A DNA stretch of 64,000 nt from a virus (IMGVR_UViG_2879636102_000002:15566-79565); one strand, 5' to 3'; shown: positions 48,607 to 58,515, counted from the stretch's first letter. Program-made: numbers and translations. The notes: generated by a model from the sequence alone, not told the origin.

Positions 48607-49482
48607 ATGGAACAACAAAAATTAGACAGACACAAATTTAATCTTTATCCGCAAATGAATCCGACAGAGTTTAAAGAACTTGTCGAATCAATTCATAAAA
48701 ATGGGTTCGATAATTCAAACCCAATCATTCTTTTTGAGGGTAAAATCATCGATGGTTGGAATAGGTACTTGGCATCAGTTGAAGCAGGGAAACGATTCTC
48801 AACAAAAGTATTCAAAGGAAATAAAGAGGATGCACTTACCTTTATTCTACGTGCGAACATTCGTAGAAACTTAACGGCCTCGCAAAAGGCAACTCTTGCA
48901 AGCGAGTATTTACCTCTTTTGGAAGAAGCAGCCAAAGCAAGGAAAGAAGCCGGGAAGAAAACAGATTCCGAAAAAGGTCGCTCCACTCAAAAAGCCGCAC
49001 AACTATTCGATACGAATGAAAAATATGTAGAGAAAGCAAAGAAGCTGAAAAAAGAAAATCCTGTCGAATTTGAGAAAGTCAAAGCTGGCGAAAAATCAAT
49101 AGGTCAGGCAACCAAGAAGCAGGAAGAGAAAAAGAAAACACCGAAATCTAAAACAGTGAAGATAGAGGGAGCTTACGAAAACGCTCCAAACAATTGGGAC
49201 AAAATTTCAGGAGTATTGGCAGTTCACCTTGATGAAACTATCAATTTCCATAGATCTTTCAATGCCTTTATTCCGAATCCAGGAAAGGATTTTCTAAAGC
49301 TTTGGCAAGAGCATGAATCAGTAATGAAAAAACTTCGTTCTTGGTGTATTGATGTGGCAAAGAAGTGTACTCACTGTCACGGCACTACCCAAGTTACCAT
49401 CGATAAAAATGGTAACTATGATCCGAAAGGAACACCAGCACCTTGTAATAAGTGTATGAATGGATTTGCAGGTGACTTATGA
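48607..49482 (+). CDS. ParB-like N-terminal domain protein with C-terminal Zn finger
   Basis: IIDGWNRY..ANIRRNLT; CTHC...CNKC. Confidence 0.75.
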   Translation: MEQQKLDRHKFNLYPQMNPTEFKELVESIHKNGFDNSNPIILFEGKIIDGWNRYLASVEAGKRFSTKVFKGNKEDALTFILRANIRRNLTASQKATLASEYLPLLEEAAKARKEAGKKTDSEKGRSTQKAAQLFDTNEKYVEKAKKLKKENPVEFEKVKAGEKSIGQATKKQEEKKKTPKSKTVKIEGAYENAPNNWDKISGVLAVHLDETINFHRSFNAFIPNPGKDFLKLWQEHESVMKKLRSWCIDVAKKCTHCHGTTQVTIDKNGNYDPKGTPAPCNKCMNGFAGDL

Positions 49483-50984
49483 GTGCTGAACCATCTTTAT
49501 TCCAAAAACCAACGTTTCATTATACATTGAAACCATACCAATCGAAGGCTGTCGGCAGCGCAGTGCGCTTATTAGAGGAAGGAAAAAATCCTTTGATAAT
49601 TATGGCAACAGGTACTGGAAAAACGGTTGTTGGTTCTTCTATTATCAAAGAAAGAATTTCCCGTGGGAAAAAAATCCTATGGCTTGCACACCGAGAAGAG
49701 TTGATCGATCAAGCAAAATCGCAGATTGACAACATTTGCCAAATTAACAGTGGTTTAGAAAGAGCCGAACACCGCGCCAATCTGACCGAGAATGTGATAG
49801 TAGGATCGGTGCCTACCCTAAGAAAATCCAGGCTAGATTCTAGGTTCTCGGATTTCAGGATTGATGACATCATTATTGATGAATGCCATCATGCAACCGC
49901 AGACTCTTACCAAACAATCATTGAGTTCTTTCAATCCAGATTCGGTTCTAATGTTGTAGGATTAACTGCAACGCCCGATGGTGCCAAAGGTGGTGGCTTA
50001 AAGAGTATTTTTTCTGACATCGCTTATAACTACTCGTTACTTGAGGCTATTAAAGATGGAAACCTGTGTAATTTAATTGGAGTCAAGGTTGACTGTGATA
50101 TTGATTTATCTGGAATACGAACTGTTGCGGGAGACTTGGATCAAGGAGCACTTGATGATGTGATGTCTTCCAAAATTCTCAATATTGCCGAAGGAGTATT
50201 AATGGAAACAATCGGGCGTAGAACTATCGTTTTTACCGTGTCTGTCCGAATGGCGGTCATGCTTGAGGCAATTCTTAAAGAAAATGGGATCAAAGCAAAG
50301 GCATTATCAGCAGAATCTAGTGTTGAGGAAAGAAGATACGCAATTTCTCAATTCAGAAGGGGAGAAATTACTCACCTACTTAACTGTGCCCTTTTCACGG
50401 AAGGTTTTGATTGTCCGGAGATTGAGGCGGTAGTCATCGCTTGCCCTACAAAATCGAGAACAAAGTATTCACAAATGGTTGGGCGAGGCACCCGTTTATC
50501 ACCCGGTAAATCACATTGTTTGTTGGTTGAATTTGGTTACCAAGCGAATCAACACCAATTAGTGAAACCATTTGATCTCTTTATCACAGAGAATTATAGC
50601 CCAGAAGTTCGGAAAGAAGCAGAAAGACTCAGTTCTCTAAAACCAAACTACTACATGCTCGAATTGTTGGAACTTGCTAAGGAGAACTTAAGAAAATCAG
50701 CTCTGGATAGTGTAAAAATTGTTCAATATGGTTCAACGTATTATGATCCTTTCGCTTTATTAGAGCTCAAAGGCAAGGCGTATGATCAGGAATTAGATCT
50801 TGAATATGAGGGAAGAAGGCTAAGTAATGCTGAAGGCTCAATCACTTCTAAACAAAAAGAGATCTTAGCAAAACTTAAAGTTATAAATACAGAGAAGATG
50901 TCTGTCGCGAGTGCGTCTCTTGTAATTTCTATCTTTGCTAACAACGGATGGAGCGCCGAAAAAGTTCTAAGGAATTCCAAATGA
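49479..50984 (+). CDS. SF2 DEAD/DEAH-box helicase
   Basis: MATGTGKT, DECHH, TATP, TEGFD, QMVGRGTR. Confidence 0.92.
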   Translation: MSAEPSLFQKPTFHYTLKPYQSKAVGSAVRLLEEGKNPLIIMATGTGKTVVGSSIIKERISRGKKILWLAHREELIDQAKSQIDNICQINSGLERAEHRANLTENVIVGSVPTLRKSRLDSRFSDFRIDDIIIDECHHATADSYQTIIEFFQSRFGSNVVGLTATPDGAKGGGLKSIFSDIAYNYSLLEAIKDGNLCNLIGVKVDCDIDLSGIRTVAGDLDQGALDDVMSSKILNIAEGVLMETIGRRTIVFTVSVRMAVMLEAILKENGIKAKALSAESSVEERRYAISQFRRGEITHLLNCALFTEGFDCPEIEAVVIACPTKSRTKYSQMVGRGTRLSPGKSHCLLVEFGYQANQHQLVKPFDLFITENYSPEVRKEAERLSSLKPNYYMLELLELAKENLRKSALDSVKIVQYGSTYYDPFALLELKGKAYDQELDLEYEGRRLSNAEGSITSKQKEILAKLKVINTEKMSVASASLVISIFANNGWSAEKVLRNSK

Positions 50985-51472
50985 AAAATTTACCTAAATC
51001 CCAGACTGAGATTAAGCCAAATGAGTATTGGTCGAAAATGCCGTTGTCGGCTCCTCTTTACATTAGGTGTCCAAATAAACTTTTCATATATGGTCTCCTG
51101 CTTTTTAAAATAGGGAACCAGGGATCCTGGTCTGGACGCATCAATAAGATAGTAGAGATTGCAAACGAGAACACTCCACTTTCACAGAAAAGATGGACCT
51201 ATGCTAGAGTAGAATACATTCTCCGGTGGCTTCGGAAGGAAGGCTGGATTAAGGCAGATAGACCCGCAAGAAATAAGGCATTGGTTTACAGTGCGTCAAA
51301 ACCTACGGATGTGCTGCCGATGGAAGAAACGAAAACAGTAGTTCGAATACAAAATGTCTCGGCCTCTGTTTATGTTAAACGCACAGAATATGATTTAGAT
51401 CGGGATCCCGAATCTATCAGAATATTGGAGGAATTCGATGCAGCAATTGGCCACAAATTCACTAAATCCTAA
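50981..51472 (+). CDS. Winged-HTH protein (possible second replication initiator)
   Basis: ATGA-coupled start; RVEYILRWLRKEGWI wHTH-like segment. Confidence 0.5.
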   Translation: MKNLPKSQTEIKPNEYWSKMPLSAPLYIRCPNKLFIYGLLLFKIGNQGSWSGRINKIVEIANENTPLSQKRWTYARVEYILRWLRKEGWIKADRPARNKALVYSASKPTDVLPMEETKTVVRIQNVSASVYVKRTEYDLDRDPESIRILEEFDAAIGHKFTKS

Positions 51473-51695
51473 GAATAATTTCAGCGAAAACCCGGAGGCA
51501 TTTCTTTTGGAACATTGCGGGAATCTAGTTGCAGTTGGTGGTGGTAGTCTCGAAGAACGAATTTTATTTTTCGTTCGGAGGTTGAAAAAACTAAAAGCCT
51601 ACGTTCCCCCTTTGGATTTGAACAAATTCCCAATAGAACTTCACACTGAAAAAATTAAAACCATGTGTGGTTTTCTTCAGAAGGATGCAGCATGA
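51438..51695 (+). CDS. Hypothetical protein
   Basis: GGAGG RBS; 85 aa. Confidence 0.55.
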   Translation: MQQLATNSLNPKNNFSENPEAFLLEHCGNLVAVGGGSLEERILFFVRRLKKLKAYVPPLDLNKFPIELHTEKIKTMCGFLQKDAA

Positions 51696-52552
51696 ATCGT
51701 CCGGCATTAAAGTATAATGGTGGGAAATTCAGACTTCGAGAATGGATACTTTCACATTTTCCAAAACATCAAGTCTATGTTGAAATGTCTTGTGGAGCGA
51801 GTAGCGTTCTTCTTTCGAAAGATCGTTCAAAAGTAGAAGTGGCCAATGACTTAGATGGGAATATCACAACATTTTTTTCCGTTTTAAGAGATGAACCCAA
51901 AAAACTAATTAGAAAAATTAGTCTCACTCCTTACTCGGAAAGATCCCTGAAGTATGCATTGGATACGATTGATTCTACAGAAGATCCTATTGATCGTGCT
52001 TGGAAATTCTATACAATCTGTTGGATGTCGATGCGAGCTAATGATGTTCGAAAATCAAATATCGATTTCCGTGCAAAAGGTAATCTTGCAGAGGAAGGTG
52101 GCCACAATCCGGCACGTTTGTTTTCTAAAATCAAACACCTCTATAAAATCTCCGAAAGATTGAGAGGAGTTTTCATTTTGGAAAAAAATGCAATCGAACT
52201 GACTAAAATTTATGATTCAGAAGGCACTTTGTTTTACCTTGATTTACCTTATTTGGCAGAATCCAGAAATACAAAGAGCTTATACACCAAAGAATTTTCT
52301 CAAGTTGAACAACATGTAAGTGTACTTGAGACTTTAACAAAAATCAAAGGTATGGCTGTTGTTAGCCATTATCCTCATCCCGTTTACGACGAAATCTTTT
52401 CCGGATGGGAAGTAGTTACGAAAAGTACCTTAGCAAATTCAATGCAAAAAAGAAAAACGAGAAATTCTAACGAAAGGGTAGAGGCACTTTATTTAAGTCC
52501 CTTGGCGTCACAGAATCTTCATCCAAGTTTATTTCAGGAGATAGCAGTATGA
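51692..52552 (+). CDS. D12-class N6-adenine DNA methyltransferase
   Basis: LKYNGGK, EVANDLDG, FYLDLPY; ATGA-coupled start 51692. Confidence 0.85.
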   Translation: MNRPALKYNGGKFRLREWILSHFPKHQVYVEMSCGASSVLLSKDRSKVEVANDLDGNITTFFSVLRDEPKKLIRKISLTPYSERSLKYALDTIDSTEDPIDRAWKFYTICWMSMRANDVRKSNIDFRAKGNLAEEGGHNPARLFSKIKHLYKISERLRGVFILEKNAIELTKIYDSEGTLFYLDLPYLAESRNTKSLYTKEFSQVEQHVSVLETLTKIKGMAVVSHYPHPVYDEIFSGWEVVTKSTLANSMQKRKTRNSNERVEALYLSPLASQNLHPSLFQEIAV

Positions 52553-53001
52553 AAGGAAAATACGCTGAGAACACAGAGGTATCTTCGGACAGATCAAAAT
52601 CCGAGATTGAGAAAACTCTGCGAAAATACGGAGCTAAAGAGTTCGTCTCAGGTTGGAATGATAACCAAGCAATGATTCTTTTTAGTATGGAAGGCAGAAA
52701 GGTTAAGTTTCTATTACCACTTCCGCCAAAATCAGATTTCTCGAAAACGGAAACCGGAAGGGCGCGAAAGCCCAATCAGATTGAAGAAGCATACGAGCAA
52801 GGGATTAGGCAAAGATGGCGAGCACTTAGCTTAGCCATAAAAGCAAAACTTGAGATGCTGGAATGTGGAATTGCGACATTTGATGAAGAGTTTCTTCCAT
52901 ACATTGTAATGCCAAATGGAAGCACAGTGGCAGAGGAGGTAATCCCGAAAGTAAAGCAGGCTTACCTAGATGGAAAGCAACCTCAGATTTTAATTGGATA
53001 G
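52549..53001 (+). CDS. Conserved-type phage hypothetical protein
   Basis: YAENTEVS..RSKSEIE...RQRWRAL...KAKLE...EEFL. Confidence 0.7.
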   Translation: MKGKYAENTEVSSDRSKSEIEKTLRKYGAKEFVSGWNDNQAMILFSMEGRKVKFLLPLPPKSDFSKTETGRARKPNQIEEAYEQGIRQRWRALSLAIKAKLEMLECGIATFDEEFLPYIVMPNGSTVAEEVIPKVKQAYLDGKQPQILIG

Positions 53002-53033
53002 TTTTTATTTTTAAAAAAGGAGAATAAAATAAA

Positions 53034-53666
53034 ATGAGTAATTTAAGAGTAAAGTGGAATCGAGTGGTTCTATGGTTTGTATCTTTATGGGATGCAATAA
53101 ATGAATTAGGAAAAGGGAACCCTAAAAAGGTGGAAACTGTAAAAGTCAGACAGGATAATACAATAATCTATGATGCAGCAAAAGTTTTTTTAGCAAAAAA
53201 AACAAAGTTCAAAAAAGGTGATATTGTTCAATGGATCCCGGAATGCAAAACTCACCAAGTTCCTTCAACTGAAGAATTTGCAGTGGTCGTTGGATTTGAT
53301 TTGCCAAAATTTCCAGAAAATCAGGAAAGAACAAATGCAATTCATCATCTTGATATCAAATTACTTGTTCAACACGACAATGGGAATTGTTATATTTTCC
53401 CCTTTGAATCTTGGAGATTTAGAAGAGTGGGATCCATTTTTCTAGATTCTGAAACAAAGAAGAAAAAATCTGGGAAGAAACCTTCTGCTAAAAAGAAATC
53501 AGCGGTAAAGAAGCGTTCGAGAATCAATAAACTTCGAAATGATAAACCGAGAGGACTGGAAGCTATCCAGCAATTCCCTCAAGAGGAAGTAGCGGATCAG
53601 ATCGTAAAACCTGTTAAAAAGAGAACTAAAAGGATCCAGGCAGCGGATTCAATAGCTGTAGCATAA
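53034..53666 (+). CDS. Hypothetical protein with Lys-rich tail
   Basis: AAGGAG RBS; 210 aa. Confidence 0.65.
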   Translation: MSNLRVKWNRVVLWFVSLWDAINELGKGNPKKVETVKVRQDNTIIYDAAKVFLAKKTKFKKGDIVQWIPECKTHQVPSTEEFAVVVGFDLPKFPENQERTNAIHHLDIKLLVQHDNGNCYIFPFESWRFRRVGSIFLDSETKKKKSGKKPSAKKKSAVKKRSRINKLRNDKPRGLEAIQQFPQEEVADQIVKPVKKRTKRIQAADSIAVA

Positions 53667-53680
53667 ACAACATTTCAAAT

Positions 53681-53703
53681 CGGGGATTTAATCCCCGTCT
53701 TTA
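53681..53703 (+). terminator. Intrinsic terminator
   Basis: cggggat-tta-atccccg followed by tcttt. Confidence 0.6.
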
Positions 53704-53725
53704 TTGGGAACCATAGGAGAACCAA

Positions 53726-53896
53726 ATGCAAGAAGTCGTGATCATCGAAGGAGTGGAATACATTCACTCAGTAAAATACAGAATCTTGGAACGAAAACTT
53801 CAGGAGAAAGGTTTGGAAATTAAAAGACTTAATGAGATCGTTTCAATGCACACTCCATCTATTTTCGAAAGTTTCCCGATCTGTACGCCGAGTTAG
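53726..53896 (+). CDS. Hypothetical protein (56 aa)
   Basis: AGGAG RBS; MQEVVIIEGVEYIHS... Confidence 0.55.
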   Translation: MQEVVIIEGVEYIHSVKYRILERKLQEKGLEIKRLNEIVSMHTPSIFESFPICTPS

Positions 53897-53900
53897 CAAT

Positions 53901-54053
53901 ATGAAAGAAGTTATCTTAATCTACAAGAGTCAATTGCTTATAAATTATTTGTTAGTGGGGAGCCTTTCAGCTTTAGTTTTTTTTGTCATTGGTGCTTGGG
54001 TTGGAAAGCCAACCATACTTGATTCTTCAAAAAATTCGGTCACAAAATTATGA
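53901..54053 (+). CDS. Small membrane protein
   Basis: Internal ATG of ORF 53832..54053; one hydrophobic helix. Confidence 0.45.
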   Translation: MKEVILIYKSQLLINYLLVGSLSALVFFVIGAWVGKPTILDSSKNSVTKL

Positions 54054-54463
54054 TTCTTGGATTCTCAACAGTTTTTCCATGGGGAGGGAAGGAGCCTAAA
54101 TTCACTCACTTCCCGCAAAAGATTCTCGATGGCAGAAAGATCCATACTGCTCGCATTGATGAACACGATCGATGGAGGCCAGGAAGAATCATTCAGTTTT
54201 CAATTGGTGTTCGAACTCGAAACTACAAACAGTTTGCACTTGGAAGATGTAATAGAGCGTCTCAATTGATAATCGATCCAAATAAGGAAAGAGTATCCAT
54301 TAGTTTTGGTGAAACCGTTTATCGTGGTGCAGGTGTCTTAGAATTTGCTAAGAATGATGGCTTTGATTCATTGGAAGATTTCTGGAGATGGTTCAACAAG
54401 CCGTTTGAGGGGAAGTTGATATACTGGACTTTATTTGAGAATGGGAGTGTGAAGGATGAATAG
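54050..54463 (+). CDS. ASCH-like domain protein
   Basis: ILDGRKIHTAR...FAKNDGFDSLEDFWRWF...LIYW. Confidence 0.65.
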   Translation: MILGFSTVFPWGGKEPKFTHFPQKILDGRKIHTARIDEHDRWRPGRIIQFSIGVRTRNYKQFALGRCNRASQLIIDPNKERVSISFGETVYRGAGVLEFAKNDGFDSLEDFWRWFNKPFEGKLIYWTLFENGSVKDE

Positions 54464-54749
54464 TCCAAATCTAAATGAAATTTATAAAGAAGTTTTATCA
54501 GCCAACTATCATGAACTTTGGGGTTTTATTAAGGAAGGTAAAACTGCAATTGTTCTGCTAGAAACTGAAGAACCATTTTTTGGTGATGAAAAGAAAAAAT
54601 ACGAACGAGTTGCAATACTAGGAATTTCTTCTCAAGGTTACTGTCGATTTGGAACTCCAGGAATTGGCTATGGTCCAATAAAATTTGAAGACTATAATGA
54701 CTTTGAACGGCATATGATTTACTACAATTTGAAATGGGTGAAGGCATGA
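54456..54749 (+). CDS. Hypothetical protein
   Basis: Coupled ORF in the early operon. Confidence 0.55.
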   Translation: MNSPNLNEIYKEVLSANYHELWGFIKEGKTAIVLLETEEPFFGDEKKKYERVAILGISSQGYCRFGTPGIGYGPIKFEDYNDFERHMIYYNLKWVKA

Positions 54750-55120
54750 GTGAACTAACACCTAATCAAAGATTGATTAAAACCGCTGAAAAAATTACCG
54801 AAAGATGCTATTCCCCAGGCCACTATTTAGCATTGGTTCAAGAGTATGAAAAAAGCGAGAACCTATATCCTGCTTTGCTCTATTACGGAGATTACGAACA
54901 TGAAATACCTTGGGATATTTCAGAGGAAGAAGCCAAAGCAAATCTAGAATCAAATCAGGTTATAAGTGGTACTACAATATTCGGAGTTGGATTTCACCAA
55001 GAAATTGAACAGATCTCTGGAGAACACGATTTCATGGTTAAGGTGTTTCATTTCGACAAATTTCCTAAGATAATTGAACTGTCGCCATTACCTGCTGAAT
55101 TTCATGCAAGGAAGATATAG
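54746..55120 (+). CDS. Hypothetical protein
   Basis: ORF 54734..55120; ATGA-coupled ATG 54746 likely. Confidence 0.55.
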   Translation: MSELTPNQRLIKTAEKITERCYSPGHYLALVQEYEKSENLYPALLYYGDYEHEIPWDISEEEAKANLESNQVISGTTIFGVGFHQEIEQISGEHDFMVKVFHFDKFPKIIELSPLPAEFHARKI

Positions 55121-55126
55121 CTAGAG

Positions 55127-55435
55127 ATGCACCGGCGTACGATAGAAATTAAAACTGCGATGCGAGAATTCATGCAATCTGAAAAGGCACAATTTTGTAT
55201 CACATGCAAGAGCGTATTGTATTTAACTCCGAGCCATTTATTCAAAAAATATGCTTTGTATAAACAAAATAACCCATGTGATAAAAACTTAATCGTTTGC
55301 CAATGCTGGAAATGCCATTCCGAGTATGAGCTCTTATGTTCGGAGGATAGAGTGAGTTATTGGATCGAAAAGGGTTTTAACGAAATAGCTGATAGAATGC
55401 AGAAGGTAATCGATGGACAATACGTGGCAAAATAA
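55127..55435 (+). CDS. HNH/NinG-like zinc-binding protein
   Basis: CITC...SHL...N...CWKCH. Confidence 0.55.
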   Translation: MHRRTIEIKTAMREFMQSEKAQFCITCKSVLYLTPSHLFKKYALYKQNNPCDKNLIVCQCWKCHSEYELLCSEDRVSYWIEKGFNEIADRMQKVIDGQYVAK

Positions 55436-55679
55436 AAAAGAAATGGATTCGTTACTTGGGATAGAAGGTTCTCGAGAGGTATATTTACAATTGGAAAAGG
55501 TATTCGAAAGAATGAGACTAACCCTTGAAGATGGTAAATTGCATTCCTCCATTGACCAGAGTATGCCACTTATTGGACTCAAAATGCAGCTCTACTTTAA
55601 AGATCCAAACGCTAACGGTCTAGTTTATCAATATTTAGTAGAAGCAAGTTTTCAGGATTTACCAAATGACAATAAGTGA
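55413..55679 (+). CDS. Hypothetical protein
   Basis: 88 aa, overlapping neighbours. Confidence 0.5.
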   Translation: MDNTWQNKKEMDSLLGIEGSREVYLQLEKVFERMRLTLEDGKLHSSIDQSMPLIGLKMQLYFKDPNANGLVYQYLVEASFQDLPNDNK

Positions 55680-55863
55680 ATTCAATAAAGTGGTACCTGT
55701 CGCAGGTATGGTATTCCGAACTTATGATGGAATTGACCGCGAATTGATAAAAATATCTGTCGATAAGGAAACCAATTCTGTAATTATCTTTTCATGGTTT
55801 TTTACAGCAACTCTTCCGGAGATAGAGGGATTCTATCCTCCGAAAGAGCTAAATCCCATTTGA
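55666..55863 (+). CDS. Hypothetical protein
   Basis: 65 aa, last gene of the plus-strand operon. Confidence 0.5.
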   Translation: MTISEFNKVVPVAGMVFRTYDGIDRELIKISVDKETNSVIIFSWFFTATLPEIEGFYPPKELNPI

Positions 55864-55876
55864 GACTTAGGTAAGT

Positions 55877-56275
55877 TTAATTTGATATTCCGATCCCTGT
55901 AACTATTCCAACTAAGAATCCAAATCCAAATTTTATTCCAAATGAATAAATTTTCCCAAGTGTAGTCGGATCATATTTTGCGACTTGTGTTTCGAAGCAT
56001 AAATATTTTTCTCCACTCTCCTGGGAGGTGAAACAATAAGTTTCCTTTGTATTTACATATTCAGAATCAATCCTTTCCAAATTCTCTACTTCTACAGAGA
56101 TCACTGCATTACGAATACCTTCTAGTTGTTTAACTAGTCGGCCTATACAGGCAAGTCTTGCTTTTACTTCTTGAATATTCATGCATCCAACCTGAGAAGA
56201 AGGGGAGTATTCTATTTTTTTGGGCGGTGTTGAGCAGGCGCAAAGTAAAAATAAAAAGATTAGGAATGGTTTCAT
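55877..56275 (-). CDS. Candidate unimolecular spanin (lipoprotein with C-terminal TM)
   Basis: MKPFLIFLFLLCAC lipobox and C-terminal FGFGFLVGIVTGIGI; last gene of the lysis cluster. Confidence 0.6.
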   Translation of the reverse strand: MKPFLIFLFLLCACSTPPKKIEYSPSSQVGCMNIQEVKARLACIGRLVKQLEGIRNAVISVEVENLERIDSEYVNTKETYCFTSQESGEKYLCFETQVAKYDPTTLGKIYSFGIKFGFGFLVGIVTGIGISN

Positions 56276-56601
56276 TTTCGTTTCCTGTTTTTGTAAGTAG
56301 ATATTTCTAATGTGCAAAAGTTTTCATCTTCGCAATTTTCTATGATAAACTTTTCAGTTCCGGAACGAATATTATCATAAATACAAGAGTGTTGGATCCC
56401 TAGACACTCTAGAAAAGTGATATCGGGTCCATAGTTAGCCTTTTTACCTGAGTTTTGAATTACGACAGGGATCCGCGGTGAATGGAACAGGTCTTTTAAT
56501 GATTCCCTAAAAAACAAAATAGCAAAAATCCCAATCACACAGAAAATAAGACCAGGTACATTTGCTTGAATTAAAAGTCGCAATCGTTCGATTAGTTTCA
56601 T
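56272..56601 (-). CDS. Lysis-cluster membrane protein with Cys-containing soluble domain
   Basis: One N-terminal TM; four Cys in the C-domain. Confidence 0.55.
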   Translation of the reverse strand: MKLIERLRLLIQANVPGLIFCVIGIFAILFFRESLKDLFHSPRIPVVIQNSGKKANYGPDITFLECLGIQHSCIYDNIRSGTEKFIIENCEDENFCTLEISTYKNRKRK

Positions 56602-56999
56602 TGGATTTCCTCATCGATTTGTTTAGGGACAAAACCAACTTTCTCAAACATTTTTCTAGCGAGTTTGTCATATAGAAATTGAGAAAGAAGATAACTCAAA
56701 AATAAGAATGCACTTTGATATAGAGACAAAGTCCAACCCGGTAGTTCATTGCAGATAGGTTCCTGTACGAATGAAAATTCAACACAGTATTGGAAGTTTT
56801 CTGGAGCTGTAATCCAATAAAGAATATTCGGAGGAATCGCAATCAAAGTTGCGATGATAAATACCATTCTCTTCTTGTGCAAGAGGACTGCCTTGATTGG
56901 AATAAATCGAAAGACAGCCTGAGATACAATAATGACTGCTCCGATGTAGATTGTCGATGTGACTGCTTGAGGGATTGCCGAAGATAAAAATTCAACCAT
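56598..56999 (-). CDS. Three-TM membrane protein (holin-like)
   Basis: Three hydrophobic helices and a charged C-tail; in the lysis cluster. Confidence 0.55.
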   Translation of the reverse strand: MVEFLSSAIPQAVTSTIYIGAVIIVSQAVFRFIPIKAVLLHKKRMVFIIATLIAIPPNILYWITAPENFQYCVEFSFVQEPICNELPGWTLSLYQSAFLFLSYLLSQFLYDKLARKMFEKVGFVPKQIDEEIQ

Positions 57000-57210
57000 T
57001 GTTTTTTCCTTTTTTGAGTTCTAAAATTTCTTTTTCTAATTTGAAGTTTGTTCTAATCAGAGTTTCCATGAGATCCTTCGCTTCCTGCGGAAGATTTTTG
57101 TGCAAACACAAGATCCTATATCCTTCCGCAATTGCTTCGACAGAATTCATTTTACGAGTTCCAAAGATTTTAAAAAATTCACTGGATCGACTGTCTTTGA
57201 GTTCTTCCAA
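56992..57210 (-). CDS. Hypothetical protein
   Basis: 72 aa ORF; start uncertain (overlaps the endolysin). Confidence 0.4.
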   Translation of the reverse strand: MEELKDSRSSEFFKIFGTRKMNSVEAIAEGYRILCLHKNLPQEAKDLMETLIRTNFKLEKEILELKKGKNNG

Positions 57211-57797
57211 ACTTCAAAGTGTAAATGAGCTCCCATTGAATATCCAAAATTCCCACTTCTACCGACTTCAGTACCAGCCGTTACCTCAGCGCCTACTTCG
57301 ACCGATGGATCTACGTGTTTGTATTTGTACTCATTCCCTGTATGAATCCCTTTCAAGATGACATATGGAGTCCATGCGCGATCGGATGGGATTTCCTTTG
57401 CTTTGATAAGATCTACCCAGGTTCCCCCGCGTTTCGCAAATCTAACTGGATGCTTTTTGTCGGCAGCCAAAGCCTTCACAACAATCGAATCTTCCACAGC
57501 ATATACCGGCCCAGAACCTCCGAAATCAGTTCCTATGTGAAACTGCCTGATTGCTTTCCCATCGATGTTCAAAGTTCGATATCCATACGGTGATGTAACT
57601 CTTTCAGAAACAATCCGAACTGGATGGAAAAATTTAGGTTCCTCGCTGGTTTCTGGAATTGGGATCTCAGATCGTAAGGTCTCAGTTTTCTTTGAGGCGA
57701 TAGGGGAGTCGTTCCAGTTATTTGATTTCTTCTGTAATTTTTCGTGATTAAGAATTAATCTTAAAATTGGTAGAAGTAAATTTAGAATTTTGTTCAT
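57147..57797 (-). CDS. M23 family peptidase (probable endolysin)
   Basis: TSPYGYR, HIGTDF, YKH, GAHLHFEV, VDP. Confidence 0.88.
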   Translation of the reverse strand: MNKILNLLLPILRLILNHEKLQKKSNNWNDSPIASKKTETLRSEIPIPETSEEPKFFHPVRIVSERVTSPYGYRTLNIDGKAIRQFHIGTDFGGSGPVYAVEDSIVVKALAADKKHPVRFAKRGGTWVDLIKAKEIPSDRAWTPYVILKGIHTGNEYKYKHVDPSVEVGAEVTAGTEVGRSGNFGYSMGAHLHFEVWKNSKTVDPVNFLKSLELVK

Positions 57798-58459
57798 AAG
57801 TTATCCATTCCTGTTTTGAGTATTGATGAAATTCGGTCAGAGTATTCGATTAGCTTTTTTGAATCAAAAGTGGACTTATCAATTATGTTATCCCTGAAGA
57901 ATAACCCAACAATAAGTTCCTGTGCATCATTTGTTTGTACGAGTTTAAATACACATGAAACAATTGAATTGCGTACAAATTCCCTGCGCCAGGCAGATGT
58001 TTCTCGCATTGTCGAAATATCTAAAAAATATAAATCTTCAATAATCGCATTGGCTACCCAATCAGTTTGTGAGATTAGTTGGTCTCTATACTTTAAGCTT
58101 TTATCGTAAAACGGAAAAGATCCATCTGCGCAGCAATCATGAGTTAGTGACCATTTTTGAACTGAAATACCGTTATTGAATTTTCCACCATTATGGAGTG
58201 AAAATACTGCTGCAATTTCAGCATTCGAATATTCTCTGAGTGTGCTTAACTGTCCAAATACAAGTGTATCTCTAGATACGTATTCCGAAAGAGGAATCTT
58301 TTCTGATTTTAAGTTTAACCATTTTGATGTGAGATTCAAAGAATACTTATTAATCAAAAATACAAGAAACCAGAAAATCATTGCAAAAATGAAAGTTATA
58401 GAGAGTAACAGAAAAAATAATTCAAAGAAATGCAAGTGAGCAAAATCCCAAAAGGTCAT
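57794..58459 (-). CDS. Membrane protein with GAF-like soluble domain (T4 T-holin-like architecture)
   Basis: N-terminal TM then L..LRE..NA....VFSLHNGG.F.NG...QKWS; directly upstream of the endolysin. Confidence 0.5.
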   Translation of the reverse strand: MTFWDFAHLHFFELFFLLLSITFIFAMIFWFLVFLINKYSLNLTSKWLNLKSEKIPLSEYVSRDTLVFGQLSTLREYSNAEIAAVFSLHNGGKFNNGISVQKWSLTHDCCADGSFPFYDKSLKYRDQLISQTDWVANAIIEDLYFLDISTMRETSAWRREFVRNSIVSCVFKLVQTNDAQELIVGLFFRDNIIDKSTFDSKKLIEYSDRISSILKTGMDNL

Positions 58460-58515
58460 TTTAGTTTACTTCCTTATGAGAACTTGTATTGAACTTGATA
58501 TTCTTTATTGGCTTG

